Below, one piece after another: positions 1 through 7,788 of a stretch of 27,441 bases of DNA. The stretch spans positions 1 to 27,441 of the forward strand of contig JBGQHJ010000058.1 of NCBI GenBank assembly GCA_041497895.1. Direction: 5' to 3'. Positions within the stretch are counted from its first letter, which is position 1; every line of letters begins with the position of its first letter. The notes under the pieces were generated by a model. That model did no database searches and had not been told where the DNA came from. It was given only the letters and a program-made list of their open reading frames with translations. Origin of the DNA: Candidatus Methylomirabilia bacterium. Its GTDB lineage: Bacteria; Methylomirabilota; Methylomirabilia; Rokubacteriales; CSP1-6. Both the position numbers and the translations under genes were made by a program.

Positions 1-75
1 CTCGAGCCAGAACTGCATGTGGAGGCAGACCTTCGCTCGTGGCGGGTTCTTAGCGTGGCACCGGGGACACTGCAT
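1..75 (-). CDS. Zinc-ribbon-starting ORF, partial (runs off window edge); possibly an internally deleted remnant of a zinc-ribbon/adenylate-cyclase/AAA/TPR gene
   Basis: Not in the ORF track. The reverse strand reads MQCPRCHAKNPPRAKVCLHMQFWLE. ATG at 75, GGAGG RBS about 7 nt upstream, and a sigma70-like promoter at 125-153. Confidence 0.55.
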   Translation of the reverse strand, partial: MQCPRCHAKNPPRAKVCLHMQFWLE

Positions 76-124
76 GCCGGGCCTCCCAACGAGCGGGGCC
101 GGGGACGGTCGGACAGGTGGCGCG

Positions 125-153
125 AGCTTAGCTGTCAGGTTCTGGGGGGTCAA
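125..153 (-). promoter_or_regulatory. Putative sigma70 promoter for the ORF starting at 75
   Basis: TTGACC (153-148), 17-nt spacer, TAAGCT (130-125) on the minus strand. Confidence 0.55.
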
Positions 154-322
154 GGAGGAGTGCCCGAGTGAGCGGCCAAAGGGGCAAGCTGGCTTCTGGG
201 GCCGGCCACGTTGGAGCGTGAGCCGACGCTTTGAGCGCCGTGACGAGGCTTGCTGTGGCGGGCGGCGTCGGCCGAGTCAGGCCGCCGCGCGATGGTGGCA
301 GTCGGACCCCCCGCGGTGGTAG

Positions 323-338
323 TTGGACCAAGGTCCAA
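323..338. promoter_or_regulatory. Perfect 7-2-7 inverted repeat, candidate transcription-factor site
   Basis: TTGGACC-AA-GGTCCAA, centred about 43 nt upstream of the ATG at 374, with a -10-like TACAGT at 362-367. Confidence 0.5.
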
Positions 339-373
339 TAGGCGCACGACCGGCCGTCCCCTACAGTGCGGGC

Positions 374-538
374 ATGGCGCTCAGCAAGTGCGAGACGTGC
401 CACAAGGATCTCACCGTGGGACTGGAGCGGTTCTGCGGCAACGAGTGCCGCGACCGGTTCATGGAAGGACTCAGGAAGGGCACCGCACGGCATCCCGGGC
501 GCAGATCGGCCTGGAGACTTCGCCGGCGGGGGGGCTGA
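374..538 (+). CDS. Small putative zinc-finger protein (CxxC...FCxxxC; DUF2116/YacG/FCS-like treble clef), 54 aa
   Basis: MALSKCETCHKDLTVGLERFCGNECRDRF..., basic tail. TACAGT 6 nt before the ATG suggests a leaderless start. High GC3 in the first half. Confidence 0.6.
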   Translation: MALSKCETCHKDLTVGLERFCGNECRDRFMEGLRKGTARHPGRRSAWRLRRRGG

Positions 539-551
539 GCGGGAGGGTGAC

Positions 552-707
552 GTGTACTCTTCGCTGTTCCTGATCGCGTTCATCGTCCTGTTCGTCGCCT
601 GGGCCCTCGGCGCCTTCGTGTTTCACGTCGCGGGAGGGCTGATCCACGTCCTGGTGGTGGTCGCGGGCATCCTGCTGATCGTCCACTTCCTGCGCGGCCG
701 GCCGTAG
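552..707 (+). CDS. lmo0937-family (DUF5670-like) small membrane protein, 51 aa
   Basis: GTG start after a GGAGGG RBS (542-547). Sequence ...LFVAWALGAFVFHVAGGLIHVLVVVAGILLIVHFLRGRP matches the family pattern W-x-LG...GGLIH-LLV...GR, with two hydrophobic helices. Confidence 0.8.
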   Translation: MYSSLFLIAFIVLFVAWALGAFVFHVAGGLIHVLVVVAGILLIVHFLRGRP

Positions 708-725
708 CGGCTCGCTCGACGCCCC

Positions 726-935
726 ATGTGCTTCGCGTGCAAGAGCGACGCGCGTTGCGAGCACGCCCTGAACGACTGCGGCGCGGTGAAGGGGGAGTAC
801 TGCCTCGTCTGCCACCACAACACCACGCTATCGGTGCCGGCTCGCCGGTCGACGTCGCTCGGGCCCCGCAAGGATCGCCCGAGCCTGTCCGCGCTCCTGC
901 GCGAGATCCGCCAGCGGCGCGGGCGCCCGGAATAG
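726..935 (+). CDS. Small Cys/His-rich hypothetical protein (probable metal binding), 69 aa
   Basis: CFAC-x5-CEH-x4-C-x7-CLVCHH followed by a basic tail. Strong GC3 bias in this frame, but no clear RBS. Confidence 0.55.
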   Translation: MCFACKSDARCEHALNDCGAVKGEYCLVCHHNTTLSVPARRSTSLGPRKDRPSLSALLREIRQRRGRPE

Positions 936-953
936 CCGCGCCGTCGGACCGGG

Positions 954-2033
954 TCACCCCGCGGCTGGCCCGGCGATCTCCTCGGCCTGCGCCCGCGTGA
1001 CGCCCATCGCGGTCCCGGCGGTCACTATCGCCTCCCACGTCGCCGCGTCCAGCGGGACGCCCGCCCGCCCCCGCTCCTCGCGCGAGAGCCGCTCCGGATC
1101 GCCCGGCACCAGCACCGGCTTCGCGGCGTCGGCCGGCGGCGAGGCCTTCACGTAGCCCACGAAGGCGTCGACCTCGCGCCGCATCCACTCCACGCCCGCC
1201 AGCCGCGCCGGGTCGATCACGATGCTGAACATGTTGTTGACCACGCCGCCGCGGCGCGGGTTCTCGGGCTGGATGGTGCCGCCCCCGGACATGGCTCCGG
1301 CCAAGAGCTCGGTGAGGACGGCGAGCGCGTAGCCCTTGTGCGCGCCGAAGGGCAGGAGCGAGCCGCGCGGCTCCCGGTACATCACCTCGGGATCGGTGGT
1401 GGGCGTCCCCTGCGCGTCGATCAGGTTGCCCTCGGGCAGCCGCTTGCCCGCGAGCTTCGCCACCAGGACCTTGCCCATCGCCACCCCGCTGGTCGCCATG
1501 TCGAGCAGGAGCGGCGGCTGGGTGGCGGTGCCGGGCATGCCGATGCAGACCGGGTTGGTGGAGAAGCGCGAGTCCGTTCCCCGGAAGGGCGCCACCAGCC
1601 CGCCGTGATCGGCCACGTTGACGAAGTGGATGGAGACGAGCCCGGCCGCGCTGGCCATCTCGCCGTACGCGCCGACGCGTCCGATGTGATGCGAGTTCGC
1701 TAGGGTCATGACCGCGACCCCGGTCTCCCGGACGCGCGCCATCGCGGCGGCCATCGCCTCGCCCGCCATCCGCCGGCCGAACCCGCGCTGGCCGTCGAAC
1801 ATGAGGAACGGGCCGTCGTCCTTCACCACCTTCGCGGTGGTGTTGGGCACCACCAGCCCCTCCTTCAGGTGCCGCACGTAGTGCGGGATCAGGCTCACCC
1901 CGTGGCTGTCGTGGCCGGCGAGGTTGGCGTCGACGAGGTGGCCGGCCACGAGGTCGGCCTCCGCGGGCTCGCTGCCGCCGCGGGCGATGATGGTGGCGGT
2001 CAGCCGGCGAAGACGGTCGGGGGATACGCGCAT
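954..2033 (-). CDS. Ldh_2 family (malate/lactate/ureidoglycolate dehydrogenase; HcxB/YbiC-like) oxidoreductase
   Basis: Motifs GHDSHG, HHIGRVGAYGE, STNP, LDMATS, HKGYAL, PGDPE. ATG at 2033 with an AAGGAG RBS; alternative GTG start at 2060. Confidence 0.92.
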   Translation of the reverse strand: MRVSPDRLRRLTATIIARGGSEPAEADLVAGHLVDANLAGHDSHGVSLIPHYVRHLKEGLVVPNTTAKVVKDDGPFLMFDGQRGFGRRMAGEAMAAAMARVRETGVAVMTLANSHHIGRVGAYGEMASAAGLVSIHFVNVADHGGLVAPFRGTDSRFSTNPVCIGMPGTATQPPLLLDMATSGVAMGKVLVAKLAGKRLPEGNLIDAQGTPTTDPEVMYREPRGSLLPFGAHKGYALAVLTELLAGAMSGGGTIQPENPRRGGVVNNMFSIVIDPARLAGVEWMRREVDAFVGYVKASPPADAAKPVLVPGDPERLSREERGRAGVPLDAATWEAIVTAGTAMGVTRAQAEEIAGPAAG

Positions 2034-2066
2034 CGGGGTCTCCTTGCGGGGGGTGGACACCAGCGG

Positions 2067-2095
2067 AGCCTACCCGCCGGGGGCGCGTGAATCAA
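2067..2095 (-). promoter_or_regulatory. Putative sigma70 promoter for the Ldh_2 gene
   Basis: TTGATT (2095-2090), 17-nt spacer, TAGGCT (2072-2067). Confidence 0.5.
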
Positions 2096-2325
2096 GGCCG
2101 GGCGCCGCCCCACTCCCTCCGGAGCTGCTCCCGGGTGTACCCGGCCTGCTCGAGCTGCTTCATCACCAGCGACACGCTGGTGGCGCTCAACGCCTGGGGC
2201 CCGTGGCCGAGCACCACGACGTGGTGGCCCCGCAGCGTGAAGTGCTTGTGCCCGTCCGCGCGCTTCACGCGGGTGGCGCCCTCGCGCAGGAGCCAGCGCT
2301 CGAGCTCGCGACGCGTGATGATCAC
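2092..2325 (-). CDS. HicA-like (dsRBD-fold, mRNA interferase-like) small protein, 77 aa
   Basis: GTG start overlaps the LLM stop codon (GTGA, 2322-2325). ITRRELERWLLREGATRVKRADGHKHFTL...VVVLGHGPQALSATSVSLVMKQLEQAG follows the HicA pattern (helix, G-x-x-x-V-R-x-x-G-S-H, strand, helix ending ILKQAG). Confidence 0.6.
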   Translation of the reverse strand: MIITRRELERWLLREGATRVKRADGHKHFTLRGHHVVVLGHGPQALSATSVSLVMKQLEQAGYTREQLRREWGGARP

Positions 2326-3194
2326 GCGCGGGTGCGACGGATCACGCGCTCGCCGAAGGCGGCGAGCCGGGCCTCGGGATCGGGCAGGAAGGCCGCCGAG
2401 GGCACGAGCACGCGCTGCGCGCCGCGCGCCCGGCACGCCTCCACCGCGCCGACCGGATCGTCGCCGAGCGCTCCCGGGCAGCCGGTGGTGACCTCGATGC
2501 GGTCCGGATCGCGGGCCGCCTCCGCGGCGGCCCGGCGCATCAGCGCGATGAGCGGCTCCACCGGCCCCGCCCAGCCGGTGGCGGGGAAGAAGCCGTCGCC
2601 CAGGCGTCCGGCCCGCCGCGCCGCCGCCTCGGAGTGGCCGCCCACCAGGATGGGCACGGCGCCGTGCACCGGCTTCGGGTTGCAGCTCATGCCCTCGAAG
2701 CCGACGAAGGTTCCCCGGAAGCTCACGTCATCGCCGGCCCACAGCGCGCGCATGGCCGCGACGTACTCGTCGGTGCGCGCGCCGCGGCGCTCGAACGGCA
2801 CGCCGAGCGCGTCGAACTCCTCGCGGAGCCAGCCCACCCCGATCCCGAGCGAGACGCGCCCGCCCGAGAGATGGTCGAGCGTGGCCACCTGCTTGGCCAG
2901 CACCAGCGGGTTGCGCTGCGGCACGACCAGGACGCCGGTGATCAGCCGCAGCCGCGTGGTGGCCGCGGCCACGTGGGCCATCCAGATGAGCGGATCGGGC
3001 AGCGCGGTGCCGGGCCCGCCCGGGAGCCGGCCGTCGGGAGCGTACGGGTAGCGCGAGGCATACCGCGTGGGCCACACCACGTGCTCGACGGTGATGAGCG
3101 ACTCGAAGCCGGCCGCCTCGGCGGCGCGGGCCACGTGGTGGGCGCCCGCCGGGTCGGGGAAGGTCAGGTTGGCGAAGTGCAGGCCGAACTTCAT
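2322..3194 (-). CDS. LLM-class (luciferase-like), probably F420-dependent oxidoreductase, Rv2161c-like
   Basis: AEAAGFES...EHVV, YPY, LPDPL, PQRNPLVLAKQVATLDHLSGGR, GIGVGWLREEFDALGVPF, GGHS. ATG overlaps the M20 stop codon. Confidence 0.92.
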   Translation of the reverse strand: MKFGLHFANLTFPDPAGAHHVARAAEAAGFESLITVEHVVWPTRYASRYPYAPDGRLPGGPGTALPDPLIWMAHVAAATTRLRLITGVLVVPQRNPLVLAKQVATLDHLSGGRVSLGIGVGWLREEFDALGVPFERRGARTDEYVAAMRALWAGDDVSFRGTFVGFEGMSCNPKPVHGAVPILVGGHSEAAARRAGRLGDGFFPATGWAGPVEPLIALMRRAAAEAARDPDRIEVTTGCPGALGDDPVGAVEACRARGAQRVLVPSAAFLPDPEARLAAFGERVIRRTRA

Positions 3195-4459
3195 GCCGCG
3201 GCCCCGCTCAGGTAGTCGAAGGCGGAGAGGGTGTGGGTGCGCACCACGTGGAGGAACTCGTCGATCGCGACCGACTCGTTGGGCGCGCCCATGCCGGAGG
3301 GCGAGCAGCCGTACACGTAGGCGGGGGTGCCCGCCGCGCGCCAGAAGCGGCAGTCGGTGCCGCCCAGCGAGATGATGGCGGGCGGGCGAAAGCCGAGCAG
3401 CGCCTGGACATTATCTTGGAGATGGCCGACCATGGGATGCTCGGGATCCGACCACGTGGCGTTCACCCGCTGGCTCGCGCCCTCTTCCCAGCTCACCTCC
3501 GGGTAGCGGGCGACGATCCGCTCGACCACGCGGCGCACGTCGGCGCGGTCCACGCCCACCGGCAGGCGGACGTCCGCCTCGATGTCGCACGCGGCGGGCA
3601 GCATGTTGACCTTGACCCCGCCCTGCATGACCCCGACGTTGAGCGTGACCTTGTCCAGGATGTCGGCGGCGCCCGCGCCCAGCCCGCGCTCGGCGCCCGC
3701 GCGCACCCCGGGGCCGGCGAGGGCGCGGGCGACCTTCTCGGGCGCGGCGGGCACCAGCGCCTCGAGCGACTCGAGGTCGCGGACGAGCGCGGCCGCGATC
3801 CGGTTGGCGCTCTTGCTGACGTGCGGGTAGGCGCTGTGCCCGCCCGGGGTACGGATGGAGAGCTTCAGCCAGAACATCGCCTTCTCGCCGAAGCGGATGG
3901 TGTGCGGGCTGCTCGGCTCCCCGTTCAGCACGCAGTCGCCCCGGACCAGGTCCGCGTGGTGCTCGACCAGGTAGCCGCTGCCCCATCGCCCCCCGGTCTC
4001 CTCGTCGGAGACCAGGGTGAGGGTCAGGGTCCCGCGCAGCTCGTCCGCGAGCCCGCTCAGGTAGGCATAGGTGAAGATGGACGCGGTCGTGCCGCACTTC
4101 ATGTCCACGGTGCCGAGCCCGTGGAGGCGCCCGTCCACGATCGCGCCGGAGAGCGGGTCGTGCGTCCAGCGCGCGCGGTCCCCCGCCGGGAACACGTCGA
4201 TGTGGCCGTTGAGCACGAGGTGCCGGCCCGGCCGGGGGAATCGCGCCGCGGCCACCAGGTTGGGCATCGTGGCCTGCGGGGCGATGCGGCGATACGGCAG
4301 CCCGGCCCGGTCGAGGAAGTCGGCGATGAAGGTCGCTCCCGCGCGGGTGTCGCCCGGCGGGTTTGCGGTGTCGATGCGGGTGAAGGCCTGGAGGAAGCCG
4401 ACGAGCCGGTCGCGGTCGGCCTCGATCCGCTCGAGCAGCGCGCGCCGCGCGTCGCTCAT
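3191..4459 (-). CDS. M20 family metallohydrolase (ArgE/DapE-like)
   Basis: True start MSDARRALL at 4459 (ATGA overlap with the upstream stop); the N-terminal 226 aa of the track ORF are spurious. Motifs NPPG, NGHID, DMKCG, SDEE, GEP, GGTD. Confidence 0.9.
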   Translation of the reverse strand: MSDARRALLERIEADRDRLVGFLQAFTRIDTANPPGDTRAGATFIADFLDRAGLPYRRIAPQATMPNLVAAARFPRPGRHLVLNGHIDVFPAGDRARWTHDPLSGAIVDGRLHGLGTVDMKCGTTASIFTYAYLSGLADELRGTLTLTLVSDEETGGRWGSGYLVEHHADLVRGDCVLNGEPSSPHTIRFGEKAMFWLKLSIRTPGGHSAYPHVSKSANRIAAALVRDLESLEALVPAAPEKVARALAGPGVRAGAERGLGAGAADILDKVTLNVGVMQGGVKVNMLPAACDIEADVRLPVGVDRADVRRVVERIVARYPEVSWEEGASQRVNATWSDPEHPMVGHLQDNVQALLGFRPPAIISLGGTDCRFWRAAGTPAYVYGCSPSGMGAPNESVAIDEFLHVVRTHTLSAFDYLSGAAA

Positions 4460-5895
4460 GGCATCGGGGGCAGGCTGAGCGGGGCGATGTCGATCGACCG
4501 GCGGCCGCGGGCGTCGCGCTCGGGCACGCTCGCCTCCATGCGACGCTGCGCGGCGGTGAGACGCTCGAGGGAGCCGGCCTGGTCGAGGGTGAGCACGCGA
4601 CCGTCCGCCACCACCCGCTCGCCGTTCACGTAGACGTCGCGCACCGCGCGGTCGGCGGCGTGGAAGATCAGCGAGCGCAGGGGATCGCGCGCCGGCATCA
4701 TCCACGGGCTCTTGCAGTCGACGAGGACCAGATCCGCCCGGGCCCCGGGGGCGAGCCGGCCGAGGTCCTCGCGCAGCAGGGCGTGCGCCCCGCCCACCGT
4801 GGCCGCGTGGAAGACGTCGGCCATCTCGGTGGCGCGGATGTCCTCCGCCGCGATGCGCGCGAGCACGGTGGCCCAGCGCATCTCCTCGATCAGGTTCTGG
4901 GGCACGGTGTCGGTGCCGATGCCCAGGTTCACGCCGGCCTGCCGGTACTTGCCGAAATGCTCGAGGGTGTGGCCGTAGCGCGCGAACGGGGTCGGGCAGT
5001 GCGCCACCGAGGTGCCGGTGTCGGCCATGATCGCGATGTCGGTCCGTGACCACCAGTGCAGCCACGAGTGCTCGTCGATGAACATGGCGTGGCCGAGGAT
5101 GGTGCCGGGGCCCCCCAGGCCGATCCGGTGCGCCCACTGCACCGGCGTGATGCCGTGGCGGCGCACCATCTCGTGGAACTCCCCGGCGGCCTGGGCGCAG
5201 TGCACGGTGAAGGGCAGTCCGCGCTCGCGCGCGGCCGCGACGCTATCGCGCAGGAGATCCTCGGTGCAGGTGTCGATCTGAGCGGGGGAGATCATGCCGG
5301 AGAGCCGGCCGCTCGGATGCTTGGCCAGCTCGTCGCAGAGCCGGAGGGCCTCCTCGAATCCCCGGCGGCCCGCGGCCTCGTTCCACTCGTACTCGAGCAG
5401 GTGGGAGCGCCGCACCACCCACCGCGAGGACGCGTAGGCGGGGGCGAGCACCCCGCGGAGCCCGCTCCGGGCGATGAGGTCCACCCAGCCCGGGTAGTCG
5501 CCCGAGATGTCGACGAGCGTGGTGACGCCGGAGCGGAGCAGCTCGCAGTAGGCGGCCTCCGCGCAGGCGAGCTTGCCGGGGTCGTCCGGCCAGTAGGCGC
5601 CCGCGCGCTCGAAGAGGCCCGACATGTACATCTCGGACACGCCGTGCTCCTCGCGGATGCCGCGATAGCTCGCCTCGAGGCACGGGTGAGAGTGGACGTC
5701 GATCAGACCCGGCATCACCATGAGGCCGCGCCCGTCGATCGTCTCGTCGGGGCGGCCCGGGTAGTCGCGGCCGACGAACGTGATTCTGTCGCCGGTGAAG
5801 GCCACGTCGCCGTGCTCGAGATAGGCGTGGCGGGCGCTCGAGGCGTCCCACCCCACCACCCAGTCCGCGTTCTTGATGCACACCGTCTTGGTCAT
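4456..5895 (-). CDS. Amidohydrolase, TRZ/ATZ (chlorohydrolase/nucleoside deaminase-like) family
   Basis: MPGLIDVHSH, LRSGVTT, HCAQ, GHA, HCP, GIGTD, ATVGGA, GARADLV. GGAG RBS upstream. Confidence 0.9.
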   Translation of the reverse strand: MTKTVCIKNADWVVGWDASSARHAYLEHGDVAFTGDRITFVGRDYPGRPDETIDGRGLMVMPGLIDVHSHPCLEASYRGIREEHGVSEMYMSGLFERAGAYWPDDPGKLACAEAAYCELLRSGVTTLVDISGDYPGWVDLIARSGLRGVLAPAYASSRWVVRRSHLLEYEWNEAAGRRGFEEALRLCDELAKHPSGRLSGMISPAQIDTCTEDLLRDSVAAARERGLPFTVHCAQAAGEFHEMVRRHGITPVQWAHRIGLGGPGTILGHAMFIDEHSWLHWWSRTDIAIMADTGTSVAHCPTPFARYGHTLEHFGKYRQAGVNLGIGTDTVPQNLIEEMRWATVLARIAAEDIRATEMADVFHAATVGGAHALLREDLGRLAPGARADLVLVDCKSPWMMPARDPLRSLIFHAADRAVRDVYVNGERVVADGRVLTLDQAGSLERLTAAQRRMEASVPERDARGRRSIDIAPLSLPPMP

Positions 5896-5923
5896 CGAGG
5901 GTCTCCGGTTCCTGGTCGTGGGC

Positions 5924-6772
5924 CTACTGGTCTCGCAGCCGGGGATTGAGCGCGTCGTTCAGGCCTTCGCCGATCAGGTTGAGGGCCAGCACCGTCAGCA
6001 AGATCGCCAGCCCGGGAATGGCGGTGAGGTACCACTCGGTGCGGAGCATCTCACGCCCGGCGCCGATCATCGAGCCCCAGCTCATCACGTTGGCGTCGCC
6101 CAGGCCCAGGAAGGCCAGCGCCGACTCGGTGAGGATGGCGGTGGCCACCATGATCGACGCGGTGACGATGATGGGAGCCAGCGCGTTGGGCAGGATCTGG
6201 CGGAAGATGATGCGCAGGTCGCCCATCCCCACCGCGCGGCAGCCCTGGACGAACTCGCGGTGGCGGAGCGCGATGAACTCGGCGCGCACCAGGCGCGCCA
6301 CCGACGGCCACGAGACCAGCGCGATGGCCAGGATGATCGAGCGGATCGAGGGTCGGGCGATCACCACCACCACGATCACGAACACGAACGGGGGAATGGT
6401 CTGGAACGCCTCGGTCGCGCGCATGAGCAGGTCGTCCGGCAGGCCCCCATAGTACCCGGCGACGGCCCCGATGAGCACGCCCGCGCCGAGGGCCGCCGCG
6501 GTGGCGGTGCCGCCGATGGCGAGGGAGACCCGCGCCCCGTGGAAGATGCCGGCGAGGATGTCGCGGCCCAGCATGTCCGATCCGAGGAGGTACTCGCGGT
6601 TCTCTCCCGGCCACTGGAGCGGCCGCGTCACCATCGCGAAGGGATCCTCCCGGAAGACGTAGGGCGCGCTCAGCGCCATGGCCAGGACCATGAGGAGGAT
6701 GGCCAGCCCGAGGGGCGCGGTCCAGCGCCGGAAGAAGCCCTGGGCGAAGCGGCGCAGGCCCGAGACCGCCAT
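5924..6772 (-). CDS. Peptide/nickel-type ABC transporter permease (DppC/OppC-like)
   Basis: ATG at 6772 overlapping the upstream TGA. LLGSDMLGRDI, GARVSL, EAA-like loop REFVQGCRAVG, ILPNAL, ALAFLGLG, LNDALNPR. Confidence 0.93.
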   Translation of the reverse strand: MAVSGLRRFAQGFFRRWTAPLGLAILLMVLAMALSAPYVFREDPFAMVTRPLQWPGENREYLLGSDMLGRDILAGIFHGARVSLAIGGTATAAALGAGVLIGAVAGYYGGLPDDLLMRATEAFQTIPPFVFVIVVVVIARPSIRSIILAIALVSWPSVARLVRAEFIALRHREFVQGCRAVGMGDLRIIFRQILPNALAPIIVTASIMVATAILTESALAFLGLGDANVMSWGSMIGAGREMLRTEWYLTAIPGLAILLTVLALNLIGEGLNDALNPRLRDQ

Positions 6773-7767
6773 CAGCGCAGCTCGATGCGGGGATCCAGCA
6801 CCGCGTAGAGCAGATCCACCGCCAGGTTGACCGCGATCACCAGCACCGAGCTCATGAGCAGGATGCCGAGCAGCAGGTTGTAGTCGCGCTGCTGCACCGC
6901 CTCGAAGGCGAGACGGCCGAGGCCGGGCCAGCCGAACACGCTCTCGACCAGCACCGAGCCGCCGAGGAGCGAGCCCACCTGCACCCCGACCACGGTGAGC
7001 AGGGGCAGGAGCGCGTTGCGGAGCGCGTGGCCGTACAGGACCCGCCGCTCGCTGATGCCCTTCGCGCGCGCGGTGCGCACGTAGTCCTGGCCGGTGACCT
7101 CGAGCATGGAGGCGCGCATGAGCCGGGTGTAGATCGCGGCGTAGAAGAGCGCGAGCGAGGCCGCGGGCAGGATCAGGTGGTGGGCCACGTCGAGCACCCG
7201 GCCGAGCCCGGAGAGGCCGGCCCCGATGGTCATCATGCCGCCGGTCGGCAGCCAGCCGAGCTTGACCGAGAACAGCACGATCAACATGAGCCCGATCCAG
7301 AAGGTCGGGGTCGCGTAGGAGAGCAGGACCAGGATCGCGATGGCCCCGTCGGCCGGCCGGTTGACGTGGCGGGCCGCGGTCACCCCGAAGACCACCCCGA
7401 GCGCCACCGCCAGCCCGAGGCTCGTGCCCATCAGGATCAGGGTCGCGGGGAGCCGGTCCAGCATCAGGGAGAGCACGGTGGTGTTGTGGCGGAAGGAGAA
7501 GCCGAGGTCGAGGTTGACCACGCCCCACACGTAGCTCGCGAGCTGGGTGACCAGCGGGCGGTCGAGGCCGAAGCGCTGGCGCAGCATGGCCACATACTCG
7601 GGGGTGGCCGCCCCCGCCTCGCCGGCCAGCACGTCCACCACGTCGCCGGGGGTGAGGTGCAGCACCAGGAAGTTGACCACGATGATGAGGAGGATCGTGG
7701 GCACGGCCTGGGCGAGGCGCCGCGCGAGAAACCGCGCGACGCCCGGTCGGGCCAGGGTCACCGCCAC
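6772..7767 (-). CDS. Peptide/nickel-type ABC transporter permease (DppB/OppB-like)
   Basis: PGD, FGLDRP, DLGFSF, DYVRTARAKG, HALRNALLP, ESVFGWPGLG, RDY, DPRI. Confidence 0.94.
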   Translation of the reverse strand: MAVTLARPGVARFLARRLAQAVPTILLIIVVNFLVLHLTPGDVVDVLAGEAGAATPEYVAMLRQRFGLDRPLVTQLASYVWGVVNLDLGFSFRHNTTVLSLMLDRLPATLILMGTSLGLAVALGVVFGVTAARHVNRPADGAIAILVLLSYATPTFWIGLMLIVLFSVKLGWLPTGGMMTIGAGLSGLGRVLDVAHHLILPAASLALFYAAIYTRLMRASMLEVTGQDYVRTARAKGISERRVLYGHALRNALLPLLTVVGVQVGSLLGGSVLVESVFGWPGLGRLAFEAVQQRDYNLLLGILLMSSVLVIAVNLAVDLLYAVLDPRIELR

Positions 7768-7788
7768 ACCGCGCGCGGCGCCGGCCGC

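Noticed and set aside
152..221. Strong SD-like AAGGAGG followed by GTG and a 17-codon ORF (MSGQRGKLASGAGHVGA)
   Set aside because: Poor codon bias, no motif and no evident plus-strand promoter; the SD overlaps the -35 region of the minus-strand promoter. It cannot be supported.
154..322. Possible ncRNA or riboswitch in the longest intergenic stretch
   Set aside because: No recognisable conserved RNA motif, tRNA cloverleaf or terminator; an Rfam/Infernal scan would be needed.
374..815. CxxCH motifs read as c-type cytochromes
   Set aside because: No signal peptides, extra Cys pairs fit Zn-binding, and there are no cytochrome maturation or redox partner genes nearby.
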